Shown here: positions 38,602 to 48,297 of the stretch, piece after piece
Layout: each line of letters opens with the position of its first letter
Numbering within the stretch: position 1 is the stretch's first letter
Assembly (NCBI GenBank): GCA_963667845.2
Contig: CAXXVL010000001.1
Location: 320,001 to 384,000, forward strand
Length of the DNA stretch: 64,000 nt
From: Smithellaceae bacterium
GTDB lineage: Bacteria > Desulfobacterota > Syntrophia > Syntrophales > Smithellaceae
Reading direction: 5' to 3'
Notes under the pieces: model-generated
Database searches by the model: none
Seen by the model: the letters and a program-made list of their open reading frames with translations, nothing else
What the model was told of the DNA's origin: nothing
Program-made: the position numbers and the translations under genes

Positions 38602-38669
38602 AAGTCGCGGGTACGGCGTTATCTGTTTCTGCCTTTTTCCTCGAAGTTAACCGTTTGTCTCTATTCATT

Positions 38670-40685
38670 TCAAAGATTGTATTTTTCAATCTTCCGGTAG
38701 AGGGTCATGCGGGATACCTTCATTTGCTTTGCGATCTGGCTCTTGGATACGCCTAGCCGCAGAAGGTTGCGTATCGCAGACTCCTCCGGAATGTCCGCCA
38801 CTTCGTTGTTGCCTTCGATCCTGACGCCTTCAGAGATTTCAGCCGGAATCAGGTCTGCGGTCAGTTCGTTTGTTCGAACGATGTTCATCATTCTTTCGAT
38901 CACATTTTGCAGTTCACGGACGTTACCCGGCCAGGGATAGCAAGACAGGATGCTGTGCACCGCAGGATCGATCCGGTCGATTTTTTTGTTGAGAATCATC
39001 CCGTATTTATTCACAAAGCAGTCGGTCAGTATACGGATATCTTCGGGCCTCTTGTTCAGGGGAATCAGGTGGATGGCAAACACATTTAACCGGTAATACA
39101 GGTCTTCCCTGAAATTGCCTTTGCAGACCCGCTCCTGCAGGTCTGCATTTGTGGCTGCAATGATTCGGACATCAACGGGCCGAATTCGTTTATCTCCGAT
39201 CCGGACAACGCATTTTTCTTCGATGACCCTGAGCAGGGCTGCCTGAAGTGCAAGCGGCGTTTCGGAAATTTCATCGAGAAAGATGGTTCCTCCGTCAGCC
39301 AGTTCGAATTTGCCCTGGTTTCCTCCCCTGCGGGACCCCGTAAAGGCGCCTTCTTCGTAACCGAAAAGCTCGCTCGTTATCAGATCGATAGGAATCGCCG
39401 CGCAGTTGATGGCCACATACGGGCCGTTTTTCCGGCTGCTTGCGTTATGAATAGCCTGCGCGAATATATCTTTCCCCGTTCCGCTTTTTCCCAAAAGCAA
39501 AACATTGGAAGAGCTTGCTGAAGCGATCCGGGCCTGCTCGACCGTCTCCAGGAAAGCAGGGTTCTCGCCGCGGATATCGTCGAAGCTGAAATTCGCCTTG
39601 GCACCGATCATTTTTGTGATCATGGTGTTGACTCTTTTGATTTCCATCAGGACAAGAATCTTTCCGATGATCTCGCCTTGCGGGGACACAATGGGTTTGG
39701 TCGTCAAGGTATAATCGTTGCTCCTTTTTTGGGAAAATATCCGGACCTCCACATCACTCACTACGCCATCGTTTTCGATAATACTCAGAAACCGCTGATT
39801 ACCAGGGCCGAAGACCAGCCTGACAGGTTCGCCCTCTGTTTGTCCGGCGTCCAGAAGAAACATCTTTTCGGCCTTTTCATTAACGAGCGAGATGCGGCCT
39901 TCACGGTCCACGGCAATCATCGCCGCCGGTATCGAGGAAATGACTGCCTTCTGAAAGCTGCTGGCGATTTGCGCCTTCTGCGTCGCTCCTTCCGACCGGA
40001 TCACGTTTTCGATCGCTTTGGCCGCTGCCACCGTTGTACCGAAAAGATAGGGATTGGCCGCGTAATAAAGCCCATGCACCATAATTCCGCCGAGCAATTC
40101 TCCCTCAGGGCCGAAGATTGGCGAGCCGCACCCGATGTCGCGGTGGTGATACCGGACGTAATGCTGGGCGCCGAAGACGCTGACCGGCCGGCGCAGCGCC
40201 AGGACTGTTCCCACTGCGCCGGTCCCGGAGCTTGCTTCATCAGAGAGTGCGCCTACGACCCACTGCGCTTTTTCCATGGCCTCTTTGAATTTAGGTTCAA
40301 AGGTGACATCCAGCAAATAGCCGCGATGGTCGTAAATGGTAACGGCCAGTTGGTTGGGAGTCTTCACAAACTGGAAAAGATTGTCCATCATGAACCGGCT
40401 GACTTGGATGAAATGCCTGTTTTTTTCCAGGAGTGCTTCAATGTCGTCTCCGGAAAGGATTCTGCGCCGGGGTAATCCATAAGGATCGAGCCCCGTTTTG
40501 CGGCAGCGGAGCCAGGATTCAAGTATCTCGGCAGGCACCACGGACGGATCAATAGAATCATCTCCGGCGATAAATTTTTTCCATTCCCCGACCGTGCGCT
40601 CATATATTTTTTCGTAATAATCAGTTCCGGAACGTGCAGCATAAGGATGCTGCCGGGGATTCGGGATCTCGATCTTTTTTGTCAT
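38670..40685 (-). CDS. Sigma-54-dependent transcriptional activator (GAF-PAS-AAA+-HTH; AcoR-like)
   Basis: ESWLRC, GKSGTGKD, ELFGYEEGAFTGS, FLDEI, FREDLYYRL, WPGNVREL, C-terminal HTH. Confidence 0.93.
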   Translation of the reverse strand: MTKKIEIPNPRQHPYAARSGTDYYEKIYERTVGEWKKFIAGDDSIDPSVVPAEILESWLRCRKTGLDPYGLPRRRILSGDDIEALLEKNRHFIQVSRFMMDNLFQFVKTPNQLAVTIYDHRGYLLDVTFEPKFKEAMEKAQWVVGALSDEASSGTGAVGTVLALRRPVSVFGAQHYVRYHHRDIGCGSPIFGPEGELLGGIMVHGLYYAANPYLFGTTVAAAKAIENVIRSEGATQKAQIASSFQKAVISSIPAAMIAVDREGRISLVNEKAEKMFLLDAGQTEGEPVRLVFGPGNQRFLSIIENDGVVSDVEVRIFSQKRSNDYTLTTKPIVSPQGEIIGKILVLMEIKRVNTMITKMIGAKANFSFDDIRGENPAFLETVEQARIASASSSNVLLLGKSGTGKDIFAQAIHNASSRKNGPYVAINCAAIPIDLITSELFGYEEGAFTGSRRGGNQGKFELADGGTIFLDEISETPLALQAALLRVIEEKCVVRIGDKRIRPVDVRIIAATNADLQERVCKGNFREDLYYRLNVFAIHLIPLNKRPEDIRILTDCFVNKYGMILNKKIDRIDPAVHSILSCYPWPGNVRELQNVIERMMNIVRTNELTADLIPAEISEGVRIEGNNEVADIPEESAIRNLLRLGVSKSQIAKQMKVSRMTLYRKIEKYNL

Positions 40686-40699
40686 CGGTTGTCTCCTGC

Positions 40700-40757
40700 G
40701 TTACAACATTAGGCAATTGTGTAACATAAAATTCTATTAATTGTTACAACTTTGTAA
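40700..40757. promoter_or_regulatory. Putative upstream activator sequences for the sigma-54 activator
   Basis: Alternating GTTACA / TGTAAC half-sites (40700, 40720, 40743) and a TTACAA-CT-TTGTAA palindrome. Confidence 0.5.
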
Positions 40758-40800
40758 ATGATGAAATGCTAAAATTCAGACTTAATTTAGACGTATTTGA

Positions 40801-40813
40801 TAAGCAATTGATT
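40801..40813 (-). promoter_or_regulatory. Putative IHF site
   Basis: Minus-strand AATCAATTGCTTA matches WATCAANNNNTTR, between the UAS and the -24/-12 site. Confidence 0.5.
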
Positions 40814-40841
40814 TTATTTTACTTATTATAGTCTTTTTCAG

Positions 40842-40857
40842 CGGCATAAATGTTGCT
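40842..40857 (+). promoter_or_regulatory. Sigma-54 (-24/-12) promoter
   Basis: CGGCATAAATGTTGCT = GG-N10-GC, divergent from the activator gene. Confidence 0.7.
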
Positions 40858-40904
40858 GATTGAAGGCAGTGCTCAAATATACTCTTCAAGGGGGACTATC
40901 GATT

Positions 40905-42344
40905 ATGAAGTTTAGTTTTAAATGTGTTTTGATGACATCCTTGTTTCTTTTCTTTTCGCTGCTGTTTTTTCCAGGCTCCTCTTTGGCTTCGGCTGATCCT
41001 TTGGGGACATCCAAAGCTGCGTTCGACGTGAACAAAATGGCCGACATGTCCGATTACGACCCATCAAATCCAATCGTCCCCACGGGAGACACGATCAAGA
41101 TTGCCGTTGTAGCTTCTTTTTCCGGGCCGGGCGCGATCAACGGCCAGTTATACTGGATTATGGTGCAATGGGCCGCCCACGATATCAATAAGCGGGGCGG
41201 GATCTTCGTTGACGGCAAAAAGAAGCTGGTCCAGGTCCTGAAAGCCGACCACATGGGAAAACCCGATCAGTGCAAGAAAATCTGTGAAAGAATGATTCTG
41301 CAGGAGAAGGTACATGCCCTGTGGGGTACCGATGGCAGCCACCTGATGAAGATCATCAACGAGGTGGCCAATAAGTACAAAGTCATTTCTCTGAATGCTT
41401 CCGCCGGTGCCGACGATATTCAGGATGCAACAAATTTCGGACGTTACTCCTTCATGACTGCTTTTTCTACCATCCAGCAGGGTCGCGGTATGGCCTATTT
41501 TTATGGTCAGATTCGGAAAAAAGAGAAGAAGTTTTATATCCTGAATCAGGATTACGGAATGGGTCATATCCTTGGGCAGGCCTTCAGAGATGGCCTGAAA
41601 GAGTATTATCCCGAAGCGCAGGTTGTGGGCGAGGATTACCATAAGCTGTTCCTGACGGATTTTGCCCCTTATCTGGAGAAAATAAAAGCCTCCGGAGCTG
41701 AGGTCATTTTCACGGGCGACTGGTCTCCGGATTGTAAGAACCTGCTCAAGCAGGCCCGGCAGATGGGGATAAAGCTTCCCTTTGCCAATGTTTGGATGAG
41801 TGAAGTCGGCATGCTCAAAGAGATCGGCATCGATGGAACCAAGGGATTGATCAACATCAGCCCGTTTGATGTGCCTACCCCGTTTAAAGCGGCGCCAGGA
41901 TATGCCAGGTTTTTTCATACATGGAATAGTCTGTGGAAAAATAAGTGGAAGGAAGTGCCTTACAATAGCCCTGGCTTTGAGCACCTGGTCGGGGCCGGCG
42001 GAACGTGGCTCATGAATACTTATTGGCTGCTGAGCGTTGTGGAGCGTGCCAAGAGCACCGACCCGGAAAAGATTATCAAGATTTGGGAAGATGATACGTA
42101 TCGTTACGTCAACGGGAAGGTCGTCAAGATGCGGGCGTGCGACCACAAAATAATCCAGGATCTCGGCATCGCTGAATACGTTGCGCCCGAACAACAGAAA
42201 TTATCCATGACGATTCCGCCCTATTACTGGTTCAATGACACTTCCTTTACCGGCCCGGTCTACAAGATTCCGGCGGCAAAGGTCATGCCCTGGATGGACC
42301 AGAAGTTGGACCGCTGCAAGGGCAAGGGCAACTGGGGCGAATAA
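40905..42344 (+). CDS. ABC transporter substrate-binding protein (PBP1 type), paralogue 1 of 3
   Basis: Signal peptide; IKIA..SFSGP, INKRGGI, NQDY, MRACDH, DQKLDRC. Confidence 0.85.
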   Translation: MKFSFKCVLMTSLFLFFSLLFFPGSSLASADPLGTSKAAFDVNKMADMSDYDPSNPIVPTGDTIKIAVVASFSGPGAINGQLYWIMVQWAAHDINKRGGIFVDGKKKLVQVLKADHMGKPDQCKKICERMILQEKVHALWGTDGSHLMKIINEVANKYKVISLNASAGADDIQDATNFGRYSFMTAFSTIQQGRGMAYFYGQIRKKEKKFYILNQDYGMGHILGQAFRDGLKEYYPEAQVVGEDYHKLFLTDFAPYLEKIKASGAEVIFTGDWSPDCKNLLKQARQMGIKLPFANVWMSEVGMLKEIGIDGTKGLINISPFDVPTPFKAAPGYARFFHTWNSLWKNKWKEVPYNSPGFEHLVGAGGTWLMNTYWLLSVVERAKSTDPEKIIKIWEDDTYRYVNGKVVKMRACDHKIIQDLGIAEYVAPEQQKLSMTIPPYYWFNDTSFTGPVYKIPAAKVMPWMDQKLDRCKGKGNWGE

Positions 42345-42448
42345 ATTTATTCATAGAGAATAACGCAGGGCGTCGGGAAGATACGCTCAAAGAGAGAGCA
42401 CATTTTCCCGGCGCCATTAATTTGTTTACGAAAGGATGCAGCAAGAAA

Positions 42449-43249
42449 ATGGATTTGAAACTGACAGGTAAAACAGCCGTCGTAACGGGTGGAGGACGAG
42501 GAATAGGCAGAGGGATCGCCCTCAGTCTGGCTGCGGAAGGCGCAACGGTCGTCGTGCCGGACCTGACGGCGGAAGATGCCGAAAACGTCGCTCGAGAAAT
42601 CATGGCCCGGGGAGGATCGGGCATGGCGCTCCAAGCGAATGCCGCCGACGAAAAGGAAATCGAACATATTATCGAAAAAACCAAAGAGGCATATGGGGCC
42701 ATCGACATCCTGGTCAATAATGTGGCCGGCGGTACCGGTCCCGTACCGATTGCGCGTATGGCCGTTTTGGATTGGGACCGGGTGATCGAGCTGACCCTGA
42801 AGAGCACATTCCTCTTCTCCCGGGCCATCGCCCGGGAAATGATCCCCCGGAAACAGGGGAGGATCATTAATATCGCATCTCTGGCCGGCAGAATCGGGCA
42901 ACCCCTGATGGGGCCCTACTCCGTCGGGAAATTCGGCGTGGTGGGTCTGACCCAGGTCATGGCCAGGGAACTCGGCCGGTATGCAATTACCGTCAATGCC
43001 GTGTGTCCCGGCTTCGTTTATACTCCCGGGTTTGAAGAAACGTTCATAAAAATGAAGGATATGTATGCGACCTTGAAAGACAAGAGCCCGCAAGAGATTT
43101 TCATGGATACTGTAAAGGAACAAACCGTTCTGGGGCAGCCTCAGACTCCTGAAGACGTGGGAAGCCTTGTCGCATATCTCGCATCCGAAGAAGCAAGAAA
43201 CATCACAGGCCAGGCGATCAGCGTCGATGGCGGTGCTGTCATGCGCTGA
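42449..43249 (+). CDS. SDR family oxidoreductase
   Basis: TGGGRGIG, NNVA, YSVGK, NAVCPG, ITGQAISVDGG. Confidence 0.92.
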   Translation: MDLKLTGKTAVVTGGGRGIGRGIALSLAAEGATVVVPDLTAEDAENVAREIMARGGSGMALQANAADEKEIEHIIEKTKEAYGAIDILVNNVAGGTGPVPIARMAVLDWDRVIELTLKSTFLFSRAIAREMIPRKQGRIINIASLAGRIGQPLMGPYSVGKFGVVGLTQVMARELGRYAITVNAVCPGFVYTPGFEETFIKMKDMYATLKDKSPQEIFMDTVKEQTVLGQPQTPEDVGSLVAYLASEEARNITGQAISVDGGAVMR

Positions 43250-43294
43250 GTGGAGCGCCGCCCGGAAGATACAAAAGAGCAAAGGAGAAGATAT

Positions 43295-45253
43295 ATGAAT
43301 AAACTGGAACGATTACTGTCGCCCATCAGGATCCGGTCCCTGGAGATTGCCAATCGGGTGGTGATGCCGCCCATGGGAACTAGCCTCGCGAACGACGACG
43401 GTACGGTTAGCGAAGCGAATCTGGCCTATATGCGGCGCCGGGCTCAAAGCGGGGCCGGCCTCTATATTACCGAGGTTACAGAGGTCCATCCAAACGGTGC
43501 CAATTCGCCCCAGTGCCTGGGAGCGTGGGATGACAAGTTCGTCCCGGGGCTGGCGCAATTTGCCGATGTTGTCCACGCCCGGGGCGGTAAAATAGCCATG
43601 CAGCTCCATCACTGCGGCCGTGAGAGCCTGTATCAGACCAAGCGAAAAACCGCCCTTGCCCCTTCAGCCATCGGGAGTCACATCTTCGGAGTCATCGGTG
43701 CGCCGCGGGAAATGACTCCGGACGATATCGCCGAAGCCATCGCTGCCTTCGGGGCCGCGGCAAAGCGGGCTAAAATTGCCGGCTATGATGCCGTTGAACT
43801 CCACGGCGCTCATGGTTACCTGCTCATGCAGTTTCTTTCAGCCTTTTCCAATCAACGTACCGACGCCTACGGCGGAGATTTCCGCAGCCGGGCCCGCTTC
43901 ATGATGGAGTGCCTCCGGGAAGTGCGCCGGGAGGTCGGAGAAGACTTTCCCGTCTGGATCCGGATTTCCGGAGCGGAAGAGATCAAGGGCGGTTATACGA
44001 TTGACGATATGGTAACCATTGTTCCCGACCTGATTGCCGCAGGCGCGGACATGCTCCACGTCTCCTTCGGCACCCATGGAAATGCCCAAATCTTCACAGA
44101 TGCCCCCAATCCGAGCGCGCCCATCGAGTATGCGCAAGGTTACCAGGCTCGGCTTGCCCGCAGAATCAAAGAAGTGGCCACTGTTCCGGTAATTGCTGTT
44201 GGTCGCTTCATGGACCCGTATTTCATGGATGAGGTCATTGCCCGGGGAGATGCAGACCTGGTTGCTGTGGGACGTCAGCACCTTGCAGATCCAGATTTTC
44301 TGAAGAACGCCCTGGAAGGCCATCCGGAAGACACCTGCGAATGCCTGGCCTGTAATCAGGGCTGCATCGAGCGGGAAGCCCTGGAGAGGAAGCCGCTCCG
44401 ATGCGCCATTAATCCGGAAACGGGGCAGGAACTGGTCTACCCCGTTTCAAAGGCCGCGACCAGCCGCATGGTCTGGGTGATCGGCGGCGGGCCGGCGGGC
44501 CTGACGGCAGCCTGTGAAGCGGCACGGCTCGGGCACCGGGTGACGCTCTTTGAGAAAGAAAAGGAAACGGGCGGCCAGGTCCGCTATGCGGAAAAAGCGC
44601 CGCATAAGGCAGCCTACGGCAAATGGATCCGCACGCTCGCGGCTAATTGCCGGAAGAAGGGCGTAGATGTCCGCTTGGGCACGGAAGTCACCGAGGCAAT
44701 GATTGCACAGGAAAAGCCGGAGGTCGTCATCCTGGCGATTGGCGCGGACAAAGCAACCTGTCCGGCGGAGGGCATTGGAATGCCGATCGTCTGTGACGCC
44801 TGGCAAATCCTGAATGGGGAAGTTGCACCAAAGGACAACGCCGTGGTTATCGGCGGCGGTTTGGTGGGGATGGAAACAGCCGATTATCTTTGTGGAAAAG
44901 GAATCAAGAATATCACCCTGGTCGAGATGCTGGCCAAAATGCCGGTCGCGCCCATATCGGCGCATGGCGTCATGCTCCACCGACGATTGAAAGCCGCCGG
45001 GGCAAGGCTGATGTTCAACACCATAGTGAAGAGGATCGAAGAAGGCGTTGTCCATGTCAGTACAGGCGGCGAAGACAGCAAGATTGAGCCGGTGAACCAG
45101 GTGATCATCGCCGTAGGCGTCACCTCAAGGCAGGGACTAAAGGCGATGCTCGAAAGAGAAAATATCCGTCATTTCATCATCGGTGATGCAAAAGAGCCGC
45201 GCCGTATAATCGAAGCGACAGAAGAAGGGGCTGCGGCCGCCTGGGCGATCTGA
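43295..45253 (+). CDS. NADH:flavin oxidoreductase / 2,4-dienoyl-CoA reductase-like (OYE + Fe-S + FAD domains)
   Basis: NRVVMPPM, HGAHGYL, NQRTDAYGG, CLACNQGC...CAINP, GGGPAG. Confidence 0.9.
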   Translation: MNKLERLLSPIRIRSLEIANRVVMPPMGTSLANDDGTVSEANLAYMRRRAQSGAGLYITEVTEVHPNGANSPQCLGAWDDKFVPGLAQFADVVHARGGKIAMQLHHCGRESLYQTKRKTALAPSAIGSHIFGVIGAPREMTPDDIAEAIAAFGAAAKRAKIAGYDAVELHGAHGYLLMQFLSAFSNQRTDAYGGDFRSRARFMMECLREVRREVGEDFPVWIRISGAEEIKGGYTIDDMVTIVPDLIAAGADMLHVSFGTHGNAQIFTDAPNPSAPIEYAQGYQARLARRIKEVATVPVIAVGRFMDPYFMDEVIARGDADLVAVGRQHLADPDFLKNALEGHPEDTCECLACNQGCIEREALERKPLRCAINPETGQELVYPVSKAATSRMVWVIGGGPAGLTAACEAARLGHRVTLFEKEKETGGQVRYAEKAPHKAAYGKWIRTLAANCRKKGVDVRLGTEVTEAMIAQEKPEVVILAIGADKATCPAEGIGMPIVCDAWQILNGEVAPKDNAVVIGGGLVGMETADYLCGKGIKNITLVEMLAKMPVAPISAHGVMLHRRLKAAGARLMFNTIVKRIEEGVVHVSTGGEDSKIEPVNQVIIAVGVTSRQGLKAMLERENIRHFIIGDAKEPRRIIEATEEGAAAAWAI

Positions 45254-45483
45254 GCCCGGCCGGGCCGGGTAAACTCTAAAGAGTCACGGTCCTTGCCGAA
45301 AGCGGCAGTTTCTTAAAGGACCGCAGGCAGGAAGCGCAAATCCGGAGGCTGCCTGAAAAATTCAGGACGGATCAGCAATATGACCTGACCGGATTATCGG
45401 TATCTGTGACGGACAAAACGGGGAATCATGCCGAAAACGGTAAAATCAAGAAATTAAGAGATATAGAGAAAGGAACAACCCAT

Positions 45484-47022
45484 ATGATTAAGACAGTAGA
45501 ACAGTATTTGGAAAGCTTGAATGACGGCCGGGAAGTCTGGTGCCTGGGAGAAAAGGTTAAGGATGTCCGAACCCATCCAAGCGTGAGCACCATCATCAGA
45601 ACGGCGACCATGGACTATGTCCTGCCCAACCATCCCGATTATCGGCATCTCTTTGTGACCAAAGACAAAGACGGCGAGGACATCAATTTCCTGCTCACCT
45701 CTCCGAGAACGTCGGAAGAAATGCTCCGAAGGCGGGAATGCTACACCGTCGGCATCCGGTCCGGCGGCGGCGTGATTGTGCACTGCATGGGTGCTGATGC
45801 GCTGGCAGCCTTTTCCGTTGCCGCCCAGGTCATGGACAAGAACCTGGGGACTGGATACATAGAGCGCGTCGAGAATTACCGCAGATATCTGCAGAAGAAC
45901 GACTTGGCCATCACCGGCGCGATCACCGATGTCAAGGGAGACCGAAGCCTCCATCCTTCAAAACAGAAGCAACACCAGGACTTTTACCTGAAGATCGTGG
46001 ACAGACGGAAGGATGGCATTGTGGTTCGGGGTGCCAAAGTGCATATCAGCGCCTCTCCCTGCGCCAATGAACTCCTCTGCCTGCCCTGCCGAACGCATGG
46101 TGAGGCGGACAAGGACTATGCCCTGGGCTTTGCTGTATCCGTTAACACGCCCGGTGTCAAACTTTTAGGCGTCGAGCCGAACTTCCGGCTTTACGGAGAC
46201 GAGTGCGAATTTGACTATCCCGTTTCGGACCATATGCAACCGTCAGAATCCCTGATCATCTTCGACGACGTCTTCGTACCCTGGGAACGGGTCTTCATGT
46301 GCGGCGAGTGGCAGTACTCCCAGGTCCTGGCCTATGCCTTCGCCAGTTATCACCGCCTCTTCGGCACCTGCAAAATGACGGGGACCCTCGAAACCATGAC
46401 CGGAGCAGCGAGTCTGATCGCCGAGTATAACGGCGTCCAGAATGTCCCGCACGTGCGCAAGAAGCTGGCCTGGATGGCCTATATTACGGAAACGGTGCAG
46501 ATGCTGGGCAAACAAGCCTGCCTCGAGCCGATGACCGAGTTCGGCATGGACGTGATGATGCCCAACCGTATGGCCATCAATGCGTCGAAGTTCACCTATG
46601 CGAGCAATATCCACACCATGTGCCAGCACATGCAGGATATCGGCGGCGGCTTGACCACGACGGTGCCGACTTTCCGGGACTGGAAAAATCCCGATATCCA
46701 GCCCTACATCGAAAAGTACCTGGCGGCCAAAGACGGCGTGTCCACGGAGGACCGGATTCGCATTTTGCGGCTCATCAAGGACATCACCGGGAATCACTAT
46801 CAGATCGACACCATTCACGGCGAAGGATCCATGGCTGCCCAGGAGATGTTCCTCTATACCAGCGCCAACTGGAAAAAGCTCCAATCGGCGGCGAAACGGG
46901 CGGCCCATGTCGACGGGTGGCAGGATGATACGACCTATGGGAAGCTGCCGCTACGGAAGGATTTCGTAAAAATGCCGCCGATCGATGAATCATATCAGAG
47001 CATTGCGAAAACAGCAAAGTAG
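45484..47022 (+). CDS. 4-hydroxybutyryl-CoA dehydratase / HpaB-family flavoprotein
   Basis: AITDVKGDRS, GIVVRGAKVH, FDDVFVPWERVF, YHR...CK, HGEGS. Confidence 0.85.
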   Translation: MIKTVEQYLESLNDGREVWCLGEKVKDVRTHPSVSTIIRTATMDYVLPNHPDYRHLFVTKDKDGEDINFLLTSPRTSEEMLRRRECYTVGIRSGGGVIVHCMGADALAAFSVAAQVMDKNLGTGYIERVENYRRYLQKNDLAITGAITDVKGDRSLHPSKQKQHQDFYLKIVDRRKDGIVVRGAKVHISASPCANELLCLPCRTHGEADKDYALGFAVSVNTPGVKLLGVEPNFRLYGDECEFDYPVSDHMQPSESLIIFDDVFVPWERVFMCGEWQYSQVLAYAFASYHRLFGTCKMTGTLETMTGAASLIAEYNGVQNVPHVRKKLAWMAYITETVQMLGKQACLEPMTEFGMDVMMPNRMAINASKFTYASNIHTMCQHMQDIGGGLTTTVPTFRDWKNPDIQPYIEKYLAAKDGVSTEDRIRILRLIKDITGNHYQIDTIHGEGSMAAQEMFLYTSANWKKLQSAAKRAAHVDGWQDDTTYGKLPLRKDFVKMPPIDESYQSIAKTAK

Positions 47023-47221
47023 TAACCCGCCTGGGAGATGTTGCATGCAGGAAACTGAGTGCCGCGTTGATTACGGACTTTGCGATTATCCTTTCAGCAG
47101 AGATGATGAAGCTTTGCAGGCAGCGACGGGCACAATCATTCATTTCGGGAAAAGATTATTTCGGCACAAATAATGTCATCTATTCCGGCAGAGCCGGGAA
47201 GAATAGTAATTAGGGGAATTT

Positions 47222-48142
47222 ATGAAAAAAGCGATTTATTACGGTATCCGGGACGTCCGGGTGGAAGACGTTCCGGAGCCGGTGCCGGGTCCCGGCGAGG
47301 TCAAGGTAAAGATCAAATACTGCGGCATTTGCGGGTCCGATCTGCACGAATATCTGCACGGCAGTTTTCCCGAGAGCCCTTTCGGACATGAGGCCTGCGG
47401 CGCCATCGTCGCACTGGGTGAAGGCGTCAAGGGTTATCAAATCGGGGACCGGGTCTGTACCATCATCAACGGCTCTTACGCGGAAGCATCTGTCTGCACC
47501 CTGGATCGGCTGATCAAAATTCCCGATGACATGGAGTGGCAACGGGCCGCGGTGCTTGAGCCCTTGGCCGGGGCTGCGTACGCCATTGAACGCGGCCGCG
47601 TCAACGCCGAAGATACGGTGTTTATTGCCGGCGCCGGAACGGTGGGGTTGATGCTGCTGCTGGGTCTCAAGGCCATGGGCGTCCGGACGGTCTTCATGAC
47701 CGATGTCCTGGAAAACAGGAGAAAAAAGGCCTTGGAACTCGGGGCGACACTGGCGTGGAATCCTCTGGAGATCAAAAGCCCGGCGAAAATAAAGGAGCTG
47801 ACGCGAGGACAGGGAGTGGACATAGCCATCGAGGCCGTCGGCATCGAGGCGACACTCAAGGACTGTCTGGCCTCGGCGCGCCGCCGGGGAACCGTTATCG
47901 TCCAGGGGATCTTCACCGAAAAGGCCATGGTCCACATGCTGGGCTTCGTGACCCGGGAGACCACCATGATCGGGACCAATTACATCAATCCCGCTCTGGC
48001 CATGAGCTGGCTCGGCGCGGGGACGATCAAACCCGAGAGCATCATCACGGATATTATCCCCCTGGACAAGATCGTCGGCGGCGGCTTCGAGGTCCTGGCC
48101 GGAAAAAGTGAGAGAAGCATTAAAATTCTTGTCGAACCGTAA
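47222..48142 (+). CDS. Zinc-dependent medium-chain alcohol dehydrogenase (butanediol DH-like)
   Basis: CGICGSDLHEY, GHE, GAGTVG, KILV. Confidence 0.88.
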   Translation: MKKAIYYGIRDVRVEDVPEPVPGPGEVKVKIKYCGICGSDLHEYLHGSFPESPFGHEACGAIVALGEGVKGYQIGDRVCTIINGSYAEASVCTLDRLIKIPDDMEWQRAAVLEPLAGAAYAIERGRVNAEDTVFIAGAGTVGLMLLLGLKAMGVRTVFMTDVLENRRKKALELGATLAWNPLEIKSPAKIKELTRGQGVDIAIEAVGIEATLKDCLASARRRGTVIVQGIFTEKAMVHMLGFVTRETTMIGTNYINPALAMSWLGAGTIKPESIITDIIPLDKIVGGGFEVLAGKSERSIKILVEP

Positions 48143-48157
48143 ATAAGTCCTTTCTTC

Positions 48158-48271
48158 GGAGAGAATATCCTTCATTTCATCGTCGGTGATGTAAAAGAGC
48201 CGCGACGCATCATCGAAGCGACGGAAGAAGGGGCCGCGGCCGCCTGGGCGATCTGAGCCCGGCCGGGCCGG
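48158..48271 (+). pseudogene. Orphan 3' end of a paralogue of the 43295-45253 flavin oxidoreductase
   Basis: Encodes ENILHFIVGDVKEPRRIIEATEEGAAAAWAI* plus the same downstream GCCCGGCCGGGCCGG as 45155-45268. Confidence 0.8.
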
Positions 48272-48297
48272 ATGAACTTGTAAAGGAGATATTTTGC

